A stretch of 64,000 nucleotides of DNA from an uncultured virus (IMG/VR IMGVR_UViG_3300017989_000061) (taxonomy: Duplodnaviria > Heunggongvirae > Uroviricota > Caudoviricetes). The notes beneath the pieces are model-generated. The model did not search any database, was not told where the DNA came from, and saw nothing but the letters and a program-made list of their open reading frames with translations. Positions 8,174-16,938 of the stretch are shown piece after piece. The stretch lies in IMG/VR virus record IMGVR_UViG_3300017989_000061. One strand, 5' to 3'. Positions within the stretch are counted from its first letter, which is position 1. Every line of letters starts with the position of its first letter. Made by a program: the position numbers and the translations under genes.

Positions 8174-9874
8174 ATGGACGAACAACAGCAACATATTGAA
8201 CGTGAAGTACAGAGAAAGCTCTCCAGCGAACGAAGGCGTCATAATGAAGAAGTCGCCTCTTTAAGAGCTATTTTGAAGGAACAGCAAGATAAGCTAATTG
8301 AACAACATGAAGTTATCCAACAATTGGGTTCTGTTCCTTATCGCTACGCTGTTGTTCATACTGTTCACAACAAAGTAGATGTTACTGCCTTCCAACCAGA
8401 TGATCGAGTGATGGTTATCGATGAGGAAGCTCCCAACTACAAAAAAGTTGGTTCTATTACAGAGGTTAATGATGGAATAGCCACTGTTGCTTTTGAAGAT
8501 GGCTCAGGTCAATACAGCATAGGTCTCAATGAGCCTCAGCAAATTCATCTAGCAGAAAAATCAGATGGGCGGTTTGTTGTTGCTATTGTTGATGGGAAAC
8601 TTTGGGAGTTGGAACATCCTGCTTATGACCTGTCTCCCGGTGATTTCGTTAAAGTAAACGAAAAAAACCAAATTGTGGGTCATGCTGAATATGATCTCAA
8701 CAGTGGTCCCATATGCACTGTTGAAGGCGTGGTTGATCAGTGTGTCGAAATAAACAACAAAGGTGAACGCTACCTTGTGTATAATCCACAAGGTATTGAA
8801 CTGAAAGATGGAGATAAAATAGCTGTTGACTCTGGTTATTTGATGGTTGTCAAAAAGCTCAATAAAGACAATCGAAAAAGATATACGCTTGGCCATCAGT
8901 CAAACATCAATTGGGACAGTATTGGTGGGCTGGAACGTCCAAAAGAAATGATCAGAGAGTTTTTGGAGTTGCCTTATTCTCAGCCTGAGCTTTTTGAACA
9001 TTATGGGATGAGCAGACCCAAAGGTGCAGTTTTGCATGGGCCACCGGGTTGTGGAAAAACTTTATTGGCTCGTCTTTGTGCTTGGTTGATTGCTGAAGTG
9101 CATGGCAAAGAGGTGATCGATACAGGTTATCTGTTTGTCAAAGGCCCGGAAATCCTTGACATGTATGTGGGGAATTCTGAAGGTGAAATTCGTGGATTGT
9201 TTGCCAGAGGACGTGAACATTACAGGCAACATGGTTATCCAGCTTTGTTGGCCATTGATGAAGCTGATGCAATTATGCCACAACGTGGTACACGTCGTTC
9301 CAGTGATATTGCCGACACATTGGTCCCCATGTTTTTGGGTGAGATGGATGGCGTGGACGAAGAGCAAACAAAAGAAAATCCAATTGTCATTTTGATGACG
9401 AATAGAATCGATATTTTGGACCCGGCAGTGATTCGTGCTGAAAGAATTTCTCATCACATCAAAATTGATCGTCCTGATGAAGATGCTGCTCTTGACATAA
9501 TGGCGATTCATACTTCTAATACACCGTTCAAAGGTGATAAGAAGCAGGTATTAGCAGTAACAGTTGCTGATATCTTTAGTAGAAGTCGATTGTTGTATCG
9601 TATCAACAATGAACATGACTTCTCATTTGCCGATACGATCAATGGTGCTATGCTGAAGCAGATTTCAGAAAGTGCCAAGATGATTGCTTTGAAACGGGAT
9701 GTTCTTGAAGGCACATCAACTGGTGTGGACATCATGGACTTCCGACAAGCTGTTCAGGAAGCCTACAAAGAGCAGGAGGGACTGAATCACGCTTACGACC
9801 TACATGACTTTGCAGAAAAGCACCATTTGCAGTCTAAAGACATGACTGTGACTCGTTGTTTCGGTGCTGCTTAA
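8174..9874 (+). CDS. ARC/Mpa (proteasome-ATPase)-like AAA+ ATPase
   Basis: N-terminal coiled coil, OB-like region, GPPGCGKT, VKGPEILDMYVG, IDEAD, RSSDIADTLVPMFLGEMDG, TNRIDILDPAVIR. Confidence 0.85.
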   Translation: MDEQQQHIEREVQRKLSSERRRHNEEVASLRAILKEQQDKLIEQHEVIQQLGSVPYRYAVVHTVHNKVDVTAFQPDDRVMVIDEEAPNYKKVGSITEVNDGIATVAFEDGSGQYSIGLNEPQQIHLAEKSDGRFVVAIVDGKLWELEHPAYDLSPGDFVKVNEKNQIVGHAEYDLNSGPICTVEGVVDQCVEINNKGERYLVYNPQGIELKDGDKIAVDSGYLMVVKKLNKDNRKRYTLGHQSNINWDSIGGLERPKEMIREFLELPYSQPELFEHYGMSRPKGAVLHGPPGCGKTLLARLCAWLIAEVHGKEVIDTGYLFVKGPEILDMYVGNSEGEIRGLFARGREHYRQHGYPALLAIDEADAIMPQRGTRRSSDIADTLVPMFLGEMDGVDEEQTKENPIVILMTNRIDILDPAVIRAERISHHIKIDRPDEDAALDIMAIHTSNTPFKGDKKQVLAVTVADIFSRSRLLYRINNEHDFSFADTINGAMLKQISESAKMIALKRDVLEGTSTGVDIMDFRQAVQEAYKEQEGLNHAYDLHDFAEKHHLQSKDMTVTRCFGAA

Positions 9875-9895
9875 ATATTTTTGAAAGGACCAAGG

Positions 9896-10363
9896 ATGGC
9901 CTCGCTTGAATCTACATTTTCAAGAGAAGACATTGAAACTCTCATTGATTCATTGACCGACTGGGAACTCAGTCGGAATCAAGAATATCATCTCATGGAA
10001 ATGATCAAGTCGGCACCAATGCCACCTGAAGATCATGAAGCTTATGACATGATGCTTGATATCAAAAATCAATTCCGTCAACGTGAACGTGACATCATTG
10101 ACACACGTAAACTGTGTCAGGAAAGAGCGGTTATGTTGAAAGCCAAACTGATGTTGGCCAGACAGGAATTGGCAATTGATCAACTCTTTGATTTTGCATC
10201 CAATACAACAACCGAAGAGGTTGCTCCCAAGAAAGAAAAGGATGTAACACCAAAGACAGAAGTCCCCGAAAGTGAAGCAAAGAAAAGTTTGGATCTTGCC
10301 GAACACTTCATCAAAGACTTGGGCGTTTGGGATCATTACCAAAAATTCTTGTCTGAAAATTGA
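9896..10363 (+). CDS. hypothetical protein
   Basis: ORF after ATPase, AAGGA RBS. Confidence 0.7.
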   Translation: MASLESTFSREDIETLIDSLTDWELSRNQEYHLMEMIKSAPMPPEDHEAYDMMLDIKNQFRQRERDIIDTRKLCQERAVMLKAKLMLARQELAIDQLFDFASNTTTEEVAPKKEKDVTPKTEVPESEAKKSLDLAEHFIKDLGVWDHYQKFLSEN

Positions 10364-10367
10364 CATT

Positions 10368-10399
10368 TGCTTTACAACCCAAAAAATCTTCCGTAGAAT
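10368..10399 (+). promoter_or_regulatory. conserved sigma70-type promoter, copy 3
   Basis: GC-TTTACA(10371)-17 nt-TAGAAT. Confidence 0.8.
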
Positions 10400-10444
10400 G
10401 TTGGGGTAAACAAGTTTCAAACATTCACGAAAGAGGGTTGAAAA

Positions 10445-11320
10445 ATGGCAAAGCCGGATTTGCTGCAACAGGTTGCTTCCAAAGCAACAAAGAAGAAGTC
10501 TTCAGACGTTAAAAAGAAGAACGAGACTGTTTGGAACCCAGACACAGAATTGATTGATGATGTCAGGGATCTGATCAGTTCGGCAGCAGTGGCAGAAGTC
10601 ATTGATCCTGTGGTCAAGCAAAAGAAAGCTGTTGTTGGCAACAAGCTTTTTGAAAGATGGACGCAGGCTATGTGGAATGACAAACAGCTTCCACCAAATC
10701 CTCGAATTGTCGTTCAAAAAGATTCTGCCGTGGTGAGAGACATGTCGTTTCTCTTCATGGTGAAATTTCGAACTAACGCTCTTGCGTCTTTCATCCCTAA
10801 ACCTGATGAACTTCAGGAAGATGAAACACCTGAAAGTGTGGTGATTGCTGCTCTCACCAGTGATCTTGTGGGTCTTTCTCAGAAGACTGCTGAAAAGATC
10901 GTTGCTGAATCTGGTGATGAAAGCGATGCTGAGTTCATCATTGAAAGTCAGCTTAATCTCATCAAAAGCTTCGACAAGCTTTACTACAGCAAAGATGAGA
11001 CAGAGAAGGGCCTTGCAAAAAAACTGCTTGGTTACTTTAATGCCAGTCCCGCTAAAGGCAGAAAGAATGTCAGTCTGCCTCCTATCACAGATGAAGAGCG
11101 TGGGTTGCTCGTTATGGATAAAGTCCTGAAAATCAAGGACGGTTTCATGGAGCGAGCTTGCAGCTACTGTGAGAATGTCGAACAGTTGCGAAACCTGCTG
11201 CGATTTGTCAAAATCACCATCGTGTGTCAGAACTTTGAGTTCGCTATTGGCGAAGAGCCAGAAAAGCGTGCTGCACGTATGGAAGAGTCAGTCAAGAAAT
11301 TCCTGACTGTCGCTGCTTAG
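10445..11320 (+). CDS. hypothetical protein
   Basis: 291-aa ORF directly downstream of promoter. Confidence 0.8.
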   Translation: MAKPDLLQQVASKATKKKSSDVKKKNETVWNPDTELIDDVRDLISSAAVAEVIDPVVKQKKAVVGNKLFERWTQAMWNDKQLPPNPRIVVQKDSAVVRDMSFLFMVKFRTNALASFIPKPDELQEDETPESVVIAALTSDLVGLSQKTAEKIVAESGDESDAEFIIESQLNLIKSFDKLYYSKDETEKGLAKKLLGYFNASPAKGRKNVSLPPITDEERGLLVMDKVLKIKDGFMERACSYCENVEQLRNLLRFVKITIVCQNFEFAIGEEPEKRAARMEESVKKFLTVAA

Positions 11321-11522
11321 GAGTTGGTCGATTGTTCGACAAGCAACAGGCACTGTCTTTGTTGACAGAGGAACAGAGGCAGCTTCGGAAACAGGGTTTA
11401 TATGACCAAATAAACCTGACTGATCAACAACGCAAGATTCTTGGAGAGGAAGCTTGTTGTTGGATTGAATCGCCTACATTTTACGCCAATAGTCAATGGT
11501 GCATGTAACGAAAGGTGTTTAA

Positions 11523-12284
11523 ATGCATTTCCCAAAAGACGACAATGAAACTGGGTTTTTCTTTCCAGAGGCAAAGCCGGGTGCTAATAAAACCCAGTTG
11601 ATTCGGGATGTCCTAAAGAAAACTCCCGAAGTCAGTCGCCAAAAATTGGCTATGTTTTACAAAGTTCATATTTCTACCGTGCATCGTGCGGCAGCTTCTT
11701 TGAACAAGTCAGGGAGAAAGACTAAAGGAAAAGACAGCAAATCGAAGTTGGTTCGATATCTTGTTCTTCACAATCTTCATGCTGACAATGACACATTGAT
11801 CAGCATTTGGAGTGAACTGAATGCAAATAATCCGTTGAAGAAGCAGGAGATCTATCTTGCCAAGAATCAAATCAGGAAGCGATACGGAAACGATCCAATT
11901 CCTGAACACAACGGCAAGCTGAATCTGTCAGCGATGGTTGAGCGTGCTATGCGAATAAAGCCGAATCTTTCAACCAAAAAGATCATTGAATATTGTGCAT
12001 TGGATGGTCTTGAGGTGAAGCCTGAGTTGGTCAGGGGCGTTCGTTCAAAGATGAAGGATTCTCCTGATCCCAATCAGCATACAGGGCCAAGAGCCGGTGC
12101 TGGTAAAAGCAAACGAATTTCTGGTCGATCACTGATTCACAACGAATCAGATACAGATGGCTACCTTGCTATCGAACGTGATCTGGAAGAAATCATCAGT
12201 CGTGTTAGGGCAATGGGAGATGATCGCCTTGTGGACATTCTTCTTCGTGGTCGTCGCATTGCCAGTTCTCACCTGATTGATTGA
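11523..12284 (+). CDS. putative DNA-binding protein (HTH-like)
   Basis: SRQKLAMFYKVHISTVHRA HTH pattern; very basic. Confidence 0.55.
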   Translation: MHFPKDDNETGFFFPEAKPGANKTQLIRDVLKKTPEVSRQKLAMFYKVHISTVHRAAASLNKSGRKTKGKDSKSKLVRYLVLHNLHADNDTLISIWSELNANNPLKKQEIYLAKNQIRKRYGNDPIPEHNGKLNLSAMVERAMRIKPNLSTKKIIEYCALDGLEVKPELVRGVRSKMKDSPDPNQHTGPRAGAGKSKRISGRSLIHNESDTDGYLAIERDLEEIISRVRAMGDDRLVDILLRGRRIASSHLID

Positions 12285-12589
12285 AGGAGGTTCCCTTGAT
12301 TGAACCAGCATTCAATATTGGAATTGTCTCTGAAGGCACAAGGCCACCTGATCCTCGCTTTGTTGAACAATCTTTGGATTTCTTTGCCGGTAAGCATGTT
12401 AAACTTTCGTTTCCGACGAAATGTGGTAAGTGTGAATACATGTGGGTGCTTGTCACTAGCATAGCTGAAAACAACGACGAAGAACTGCGTGGAATTTTGG
12501 ACAATATCCCTCGATTTGAAATGGATATTACTTGTTGTGACATTGTCGAATTTTCTCGATCTGAGGTGATCGAAGTATTGGAAAACTAA
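12281..12589 (+). CDS. DUF2314/YegJ-like protein
   Basis: VKLSF...EYMWV...LRGILDN.P. Confidence 0.55.
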   Translation: MKEVPLIEPAFNIGIVSEGTRPPDPRFVEQSLDFFAGKHVKLSFPTKCGKCEYMWVLVTSIAENNDEELRGILDNIPRFEMDITCCDIVEFSRSEVIEVLEN

Positions 12590-12603
12590 TGGCATTCGGC
12601 CCG

Positions 12604-12647
12604 CTCCCTGCCATTTCTATACGGACGATGAGATGGCAGGGAGTTTT
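12604..12647 (+). terminator. strong hairpin, possible terminator upstream of the tRNA-like gene
   Basis: CTCCCTGCCAT/ATGGCAGGGAG stem followed by TTTT. Confidence 0.5.
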
Positions 12648-12648
12648 A

Positions 12649-12716
12649 GCTCGTGGATGGATAGACAGCGAATTCTAAATTCGTGTAGTCAAGGGGTTCG
12701 ATTCCCCTCACGAGCA
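12649..12716 (+). tRNA. aberrant tRNA with apparent anticodon CUA (amber suppressor-like or degenerate tRNA)
   Basis: Acceptor GCTCGTG/CACGAGC+A, T-arm AGGGG-TTCGATT-CCCCT, anticodon arm GCGAA-TTCTAAA-TTCGT; D-arm truncated. Confidence 0.65.
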
Positions 12717-12801
12717 TTTATCAAAACTCGGTTGCACAATCAAAAAAGCATCGTTACTATTTGTGATGGTGTGAAGTCCGTTTGATTACCAAGGAGACGA
12801 C

Positions 12802-13074
12802 ATGACTCTTCGAGTTGTTGGAAGTGTTCAGGACAAAAAGTTTCGTGACCTGCACAAAAAGACAGATGAAATCTTCATCGCAGCTTGTGATGTAAAAGAT
12901 TGGACATGGGGCGAACTTGCAAAAGCAGCAGGTCTCTCATATTCAACTGTGGCCAAACTGGGTAAACGTGAGACTCGTTATCCGAGACACATGACTATCT
13001 GGAAAATGGCTAAAGCTGTTGGCCTCAACTATCAGTTGATCTCGCCAGCAGAATTTAAACGCAAGGCCGGTTAA
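12802..13074 (+). CDS. XRE-family HTH regulator
   Basis: WTWGELAKAAGLSYSTVAKL...P...TIWKMAKAVG. Confidence 0.85.
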   Translation: MTLRVVGSVQDKKFRDLHKKTDEIFIAACDVKDWTWGELAKAAGLSYSTVAKLGKRETRYPRHMTIWKMAKAVGLNYQLISPAEFKRKAG

Positions 13075-13113
13075 GCTCTGCGTGTTTTTCTTTTTTCGAG
13101 GAAGGGTATCCTA

Positions 13114-13674
13114 ATGACGCAAAATACACGTTCAGAGTACATCGAAGATTGTCGCCGCATTGTTCGTGAACATTTTGATTCACAGAGCAAACGAATGCTC
13201 GTGAATTATGTTCGTGCAAAACGATCAAGGCCAATTGAAGGTTGCAATGCAGCACAAACACAAGCCATCAGGGGGATTTTGAATTCTTTTGGTGACACTT
13301 TGAGTGTCGCTGTGGCTCAACGTCTTCTCGAACCCATTCTGTCTGGTGAAGATAGCTTCAAAGACGAAGCAGCCTTCAATAAGGCTTTCACTTCTGTCAG
13401 GCGAAATTGGCGTTCACGTCGATCCCCAATTGTTGGCGTGGTCATTTCCATCAATACAGGTCCGTCTGAAATAGATGCTGTTATTGGATGGAGCATGTGC
13501 CATCCGAACGACAAGTTCAGCCGACATGTTGGCATCAGGAAGGCAATTGATCATGCTGAGTCCGTAAGGGTAGTTCAGAAGAATTTGATGAACAACAAAT
13601 CCATTCCTCACACGATGGTTCCAGCAATTCATGAGATGATGGATCGTGCTTCAAGAATTTACAACAAGAAGTAA
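13114..13674 (+). CDS. hypothetical phage protein
   Basis: C-terminal GWSMCHPNDKFSRHVGIRKA segment of a type seen in small phage domains. Confidence 0.7.
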   Translation: MTQNTRSEYIEDCRRIVREHFDSQSKRMLVNYVRAKRSRPIEGCNAAQTQAIRGILNSFGDTLSVAVAQRLLEPILSGEDSFKDEAAFNKAFTSVRRNWRSRRSPIVGVVISINTGPSEIDAVIGWSMCHPNDKFSRHVGIRKAIDHAESVRVVQKNLMNNKSIPHTMVPAIHEMMDRASRIYNKK

Positions 13675-13677
13675 ATC

Positions 13678-14163
13678 ATGAAGAAACTTCTACAGTATTC
13701 CGCTGCATATGCCATCTTTGCAACTTGGTATTTGATTGGCAGATTCTATAAGCTTCTGTCTTTCATTCCCGGTTGCGGATGGCCATTGCGAAGACACCAG
13801 ATTTTGACACATGGAATGATTGCCACTATTGAAGAGAGTGGCATGACGTGTGTTTACAGTCCCAAAGACAATCTTCATGTGTTCTTTCCAACGAACAGTG
13901 AAGATAAAAATTCTCTTAATTGGTCCATCAATGCCAACCAAGAGAACATGGATGTTGTAGAAGATAAAGTTTCTGTGGGGAAATTCAGCTTTTGGGGTGG
14001 ATTTCAGATATCGGCTCGAAGTAAAAATCTTCCTGCCATAGTTGCGGCAAGTCAAATGCATAAAGTTCTTTATGAGGGCGTTATGCATGGTGAATTTCCA
14101 AGATGTATCTCCAACATTTCTCTGGGTGGAATTTTCCCCGGAGTAAAAATCATTGACACGTAA
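13678..14163 (+). CDS. hypothetical protein
   Basis: co-directional ORF. Confidence 0.6.
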   Translation: MKKLLQYSAAYAIFATWYLIGRFYKLLSFIPGCGWPLRRHQILTHGMIATIEESGMTCVYSPKDNLHVFFPTNSEDKNSLNWSINANQENMDVVEDKVSVGKFSFWGGFQISARSKNLPAIVAASQMHKVLYEGVMHGEFPRCISNISLGGIFPGVKIIDT

Positions 14164-14172
14164 AGGAACAAA

Positions 14173-14382
14173 ATGAGCCAAGTGCCAGAATGCCCGGAAG
14201 GATTCAGAGTTCTGAATGTTGGCGAAATGATTCAAATGGGCGATGTTTATTACTCGTCTGTAAGTCGAAATTGGGAGCCCACACCTTGTTTAAGTGGCGT
14301 GGTTGCACATGCAGCTTTTGGTCTTTTCGTAAGGCCCAAAACTCCAGCTATAATTCCTTCTAACGCTCTTGCAATGACTTAA
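14173..14382 (+). CDS. hypothetical protein
   Basis: AAGGA RBS. Confidence 0.65.
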   Translation: MSQVPECPEGFRVLNVGEMIQMGDVYYSSVSRNWEPTPCLSGVVAHAAFGLFVRPKTPAIIPSNALAMT

Positions 14383-14419
14383 TTATCAAGATTATGCTTG
14401 GTGATTACTATTGTAATTA

Positions 14420-14578
14420 GGTTCTCTGTGCCTTCTCACAGAGTGGCGGTGCGGTGATGGTCTTCGGACCACGCTTCCCCCGAGGCCACTTCACTCGGGA
14501 CGGGCTTGACCCGGAATGTGTGTCAAACACAAAAGAAGTTGAAAGCACCGGGTGCAAGTCATCCGGTGCTTTTTATTT
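14420..14578 (+). ncRNA. candidate structured ncRNA ending in an intrinsic terminator
   Basis: Four consecutive hairpins including a C-UUCG-G tetraloop, then AAAGCACCGG/CCGGTGCTTTTT. Confidence 0.5.
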
Positions 14579-14647
14579 GCTCAAAACTAAGTTTTTGTAT
14601 ATACTGTTCGCAAGGATGCAAATATTTTTCTAATGGAATAGATAGTA

Positions 14648-15313
14648 GTGATGACCAGTTACAAGGCTATAGCTACGATAACGTGGAGATTCGACTCAGA
14701 CAAACCTCGTGCTGAATGTCTCAAGCACGCCAAAAAATTACTTGAAAGCATACTCGAATGTGAACCACACGGGGATGATTTTGAAGGTTTTGGTGTTCAA
14801 CTCGACATAGCAAAGATGAAGGAACGTAAGAAGCTGGAACATCTGGCGACTTACAGTGTCGATGAAGTCTTTCCCTACATTACCGAAGAAGATGTAAAAA
14901 AAGAGTACGAAGTAGATGGACAAATCTACCAAGTGCGAATGAATTCAGATCGTTATTTTGTGTTTAGAGACAATACTTCATGTGTTTCATGTGGTTTGGA
15001 AGGCACAAAAATGATCTTGGATATTAATCCCGGTGACCAATCTCCACATTTTAATTTGTATGCTGAAGAGAATAGTCGATTGGTCCTGATGACAAAAGAT
15101 CATATTCTTGCAAAAAGTCGTGGTGGCAAAGATGAATTACGAAATTACCAAACAATGTGTAGTGTTTGTAATAACCTCAAGGGAGCTTACGACATAAGTT
15201 TAGAAAATTGCAGGGAATTGAGGCGTCTTCATAACAATCACGATAAGTTGCCAAGAAAAGAGCTTCGAGATCTCATAAATACTAGGCGAGAAGAAATGAC
15301 CAAAGGAGGATAG
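14648..15313 (+). CDS. HNH endonuclease domain protein
   Basis: CVSCG...MTKDHILAKSRGG...NYQTMCSVCNNLKG. Confidence 0.85.
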   Translation: MMTSYKAIATITWRFDSDKPRAECLKHAKKLLESILECEPHGDDFEGFGVQLDIAKMKERKKLEHLATYSVDEVFPYITEEDVKKEYEVDGQIYQVRMNSDRYFVFRDNTSCVSCGLEGTKMILDINPGDQSPHFNLYAEENSRLVLMTKDHILAKSRGGKDELRNYQTMCSVCNNLKGAYDISLENCRELRRLHNNHDKLPRKELRDLINTRREEMTKGG

Positions 15314-15895
15314 GTGAAACTTAGTCAACAAGATTTAGAAACGATCAAAAATGGTGTGAGAGCAGGAACGAGGCCAAGTCAGCCACGTAGGTTTACGGCA
15401 CCTGTTTATGCACAATCACAGCCAGAACAGAGTGGGTCTAGTGGGTCTAGTGGGTCCAATAGTGCAACAGTGTTTTTGGGAGCATTTGCAACCATGTTGT
15501 CTTTGGCGACCATTTTTGGAATTTGGTCACTCATGAACAAAGACAATTCAAATGAATTGTATGCACAACAACCACCTCAATCATACACACAGCCATATTC
15601 AGAACCTGAAAGTTATGATTTGAGACCAAGTATTGATGCTCAAACCGAGAAAAGAATTGGTGCCCTTGAAGATGGGTACAAAGAATTGATGCATCGAACT
15701 CATGTCTTGGGCCTTCAGGCAAATCAAAATACTTCTATTAACAAAGAGGCAGATCGTCAGTTCCATAAAGGTCAGCGAGTAAATCGTTATGTGTATGTTG
15801 AAGGCAGTCCTTGGAAACTTGATAAAAGACCGGACAACATTCGATTTTCACAGAAAGATTTGGATCGCATCCACGAATTTGTCAAGAAGCCCTAA
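15314..15895 (+). CDS. single-pass membrane protein
   Basis: One TM segment after SGS repeat; GGAGG RBS. Confidence 0.7.
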   Translation: MKLSQQDLETIKNGVRAGTRPSQPRRFTAPVYAQSQPEQSGSSGSSGSNSATVFLGAFATMLSLATIFGIWSLMNKDNSNELYAQQPPQSYTQPYSEPESYDLRPSIDAQTEKRIGALEDGYKELMHRTHVLGLQANQNTSINKEADRQFHKGQRVNRYVYVEGSPWKLDKRPDNIRFSQKDLDRIHEFVKKP

Positions 15896-16647
15896 AGGTG
15901 AAATTTTTGTTGCGACATGAGCCATTCTGAATATGGCTCATGTCGTTTCCATCTATTGAGACCGATAAAGTGCATTCCCTTTCCTCTCATAAGTTTTCTT
16001 TCGCAATTTGTAATTGTTGTGTTGGGAATCAGAAAATGTTTCTGGTTTGATAAAATCAGAGCAACAAGTCCCTGTTCGTCAAAAGTCACACTTTCAGAGT
16101 GAATTCCCGTAGCATTCTCTTCCCAATTATTTCCTGCGTGATTTTTTACATAAGTCGCAAAATCGAATCCGGGCGGCAAACCAAATAAACCACTGTTGAT
16201 CATCAGATTGGCAGGTACGTGTTTTTCAAATCTCCCGTAGGTACGTGAGATTCCCTGAAGCATGAGACAATGATCGTCACAAGAGAGAAAATCATCGATT
16301 TCATCGATTGTTGACTCCAAAATGATATCGTTATCAATAATGATCTCATGACGGTTGATATCAAGCCTTGGAGGATAAAGTTTCCAAGCTACCCCCATTG
16401 GGGTGAGGTCATCGTTTAGGTGTACGGATTGATCAAAAAGAAAGACGTTTAATTCTTTTTTTAAATATTTAACGTGTTTTTTATCACAGTTGAAACAAAC
16501 AGTGATATCGCATGGATACAACTTTTGTATTTGTTTTATTGCTCTTTTTAAGCAGTCAAAACCAAATTTAGTGACTGATCCTATCGTAAATCTCACAAGG
16601 GGCTTGTTTTTCACTGTATTCTCCATTGTTTTAACATACATACTCAC
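15892..16647 (-). CDS. glycosyltransferase-like (GT-A) protein
   Basis: IIIDNDII DxD motif, NSGLFG, DEQG; only resident gene on the - strand. Confidence 0.55.
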   Translation of the reverse strand: MSMYVKTMENTVKNKPLVRFTIGSVTKFGFDCLKRAIKQIQKLYPCDITVCFNCDKKHVKYLKKELNVFLFDQSVHLNDDLTPMGVAWKLYPPRLDINRHEIIIDNDIILESTIDEIDDFLSCDDHCLMLQGISRTYGRFEKHVPANLMINSGLFGLPPGFDFATYVKNHAGNNWEENATGIHSESVTFDEQGLVALILSNQKHFLIPNTTITNCERKLMRGKGMHFIGLNRWKRHEPYSEWLMSQQKFHL

Positions 16648-16828
16648 TGCAAATTATTGCGAGGGAAAATCCACTGCAAAAAGAAAAGTCCAAGTTCACC
16701 CTAGATTTACGTCAAATGAAACGTCATGAAGCCATGGCTGTTTTGAGGCTTTTGGGCACAGTCTCCAAAGGGGTGAAACGCTCTGGATACAAACTTCGGG
16801 TCAAATCTGCCAAGTAATTTTGGATTTA

Positions 16829-16859
16829 CGCTTTACAGACCACGGAACTGACGTAGAAT
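16829..16859 (+). promoter_or_regulatory. conserved sigma70-type promoter, copy 4
   Basis: GC-TTTACA(16832)-16 nt-TAGAAT. Confidence 0.7.
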
Positions 16860-16938
16860 AACAGCCGTGTGACACGGTGTGTCGTTTTTTGTGGCACTGT
16901 GTAGTTTTCATCAAAACATCTCATGGAGATTTGCCGCA

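Noticed and set aside
15431..15457. 9-bp tandem repeat AGTGGGTCT x3
   Set aside because: Encodes an ordinary Ser-Gly-Ser linker
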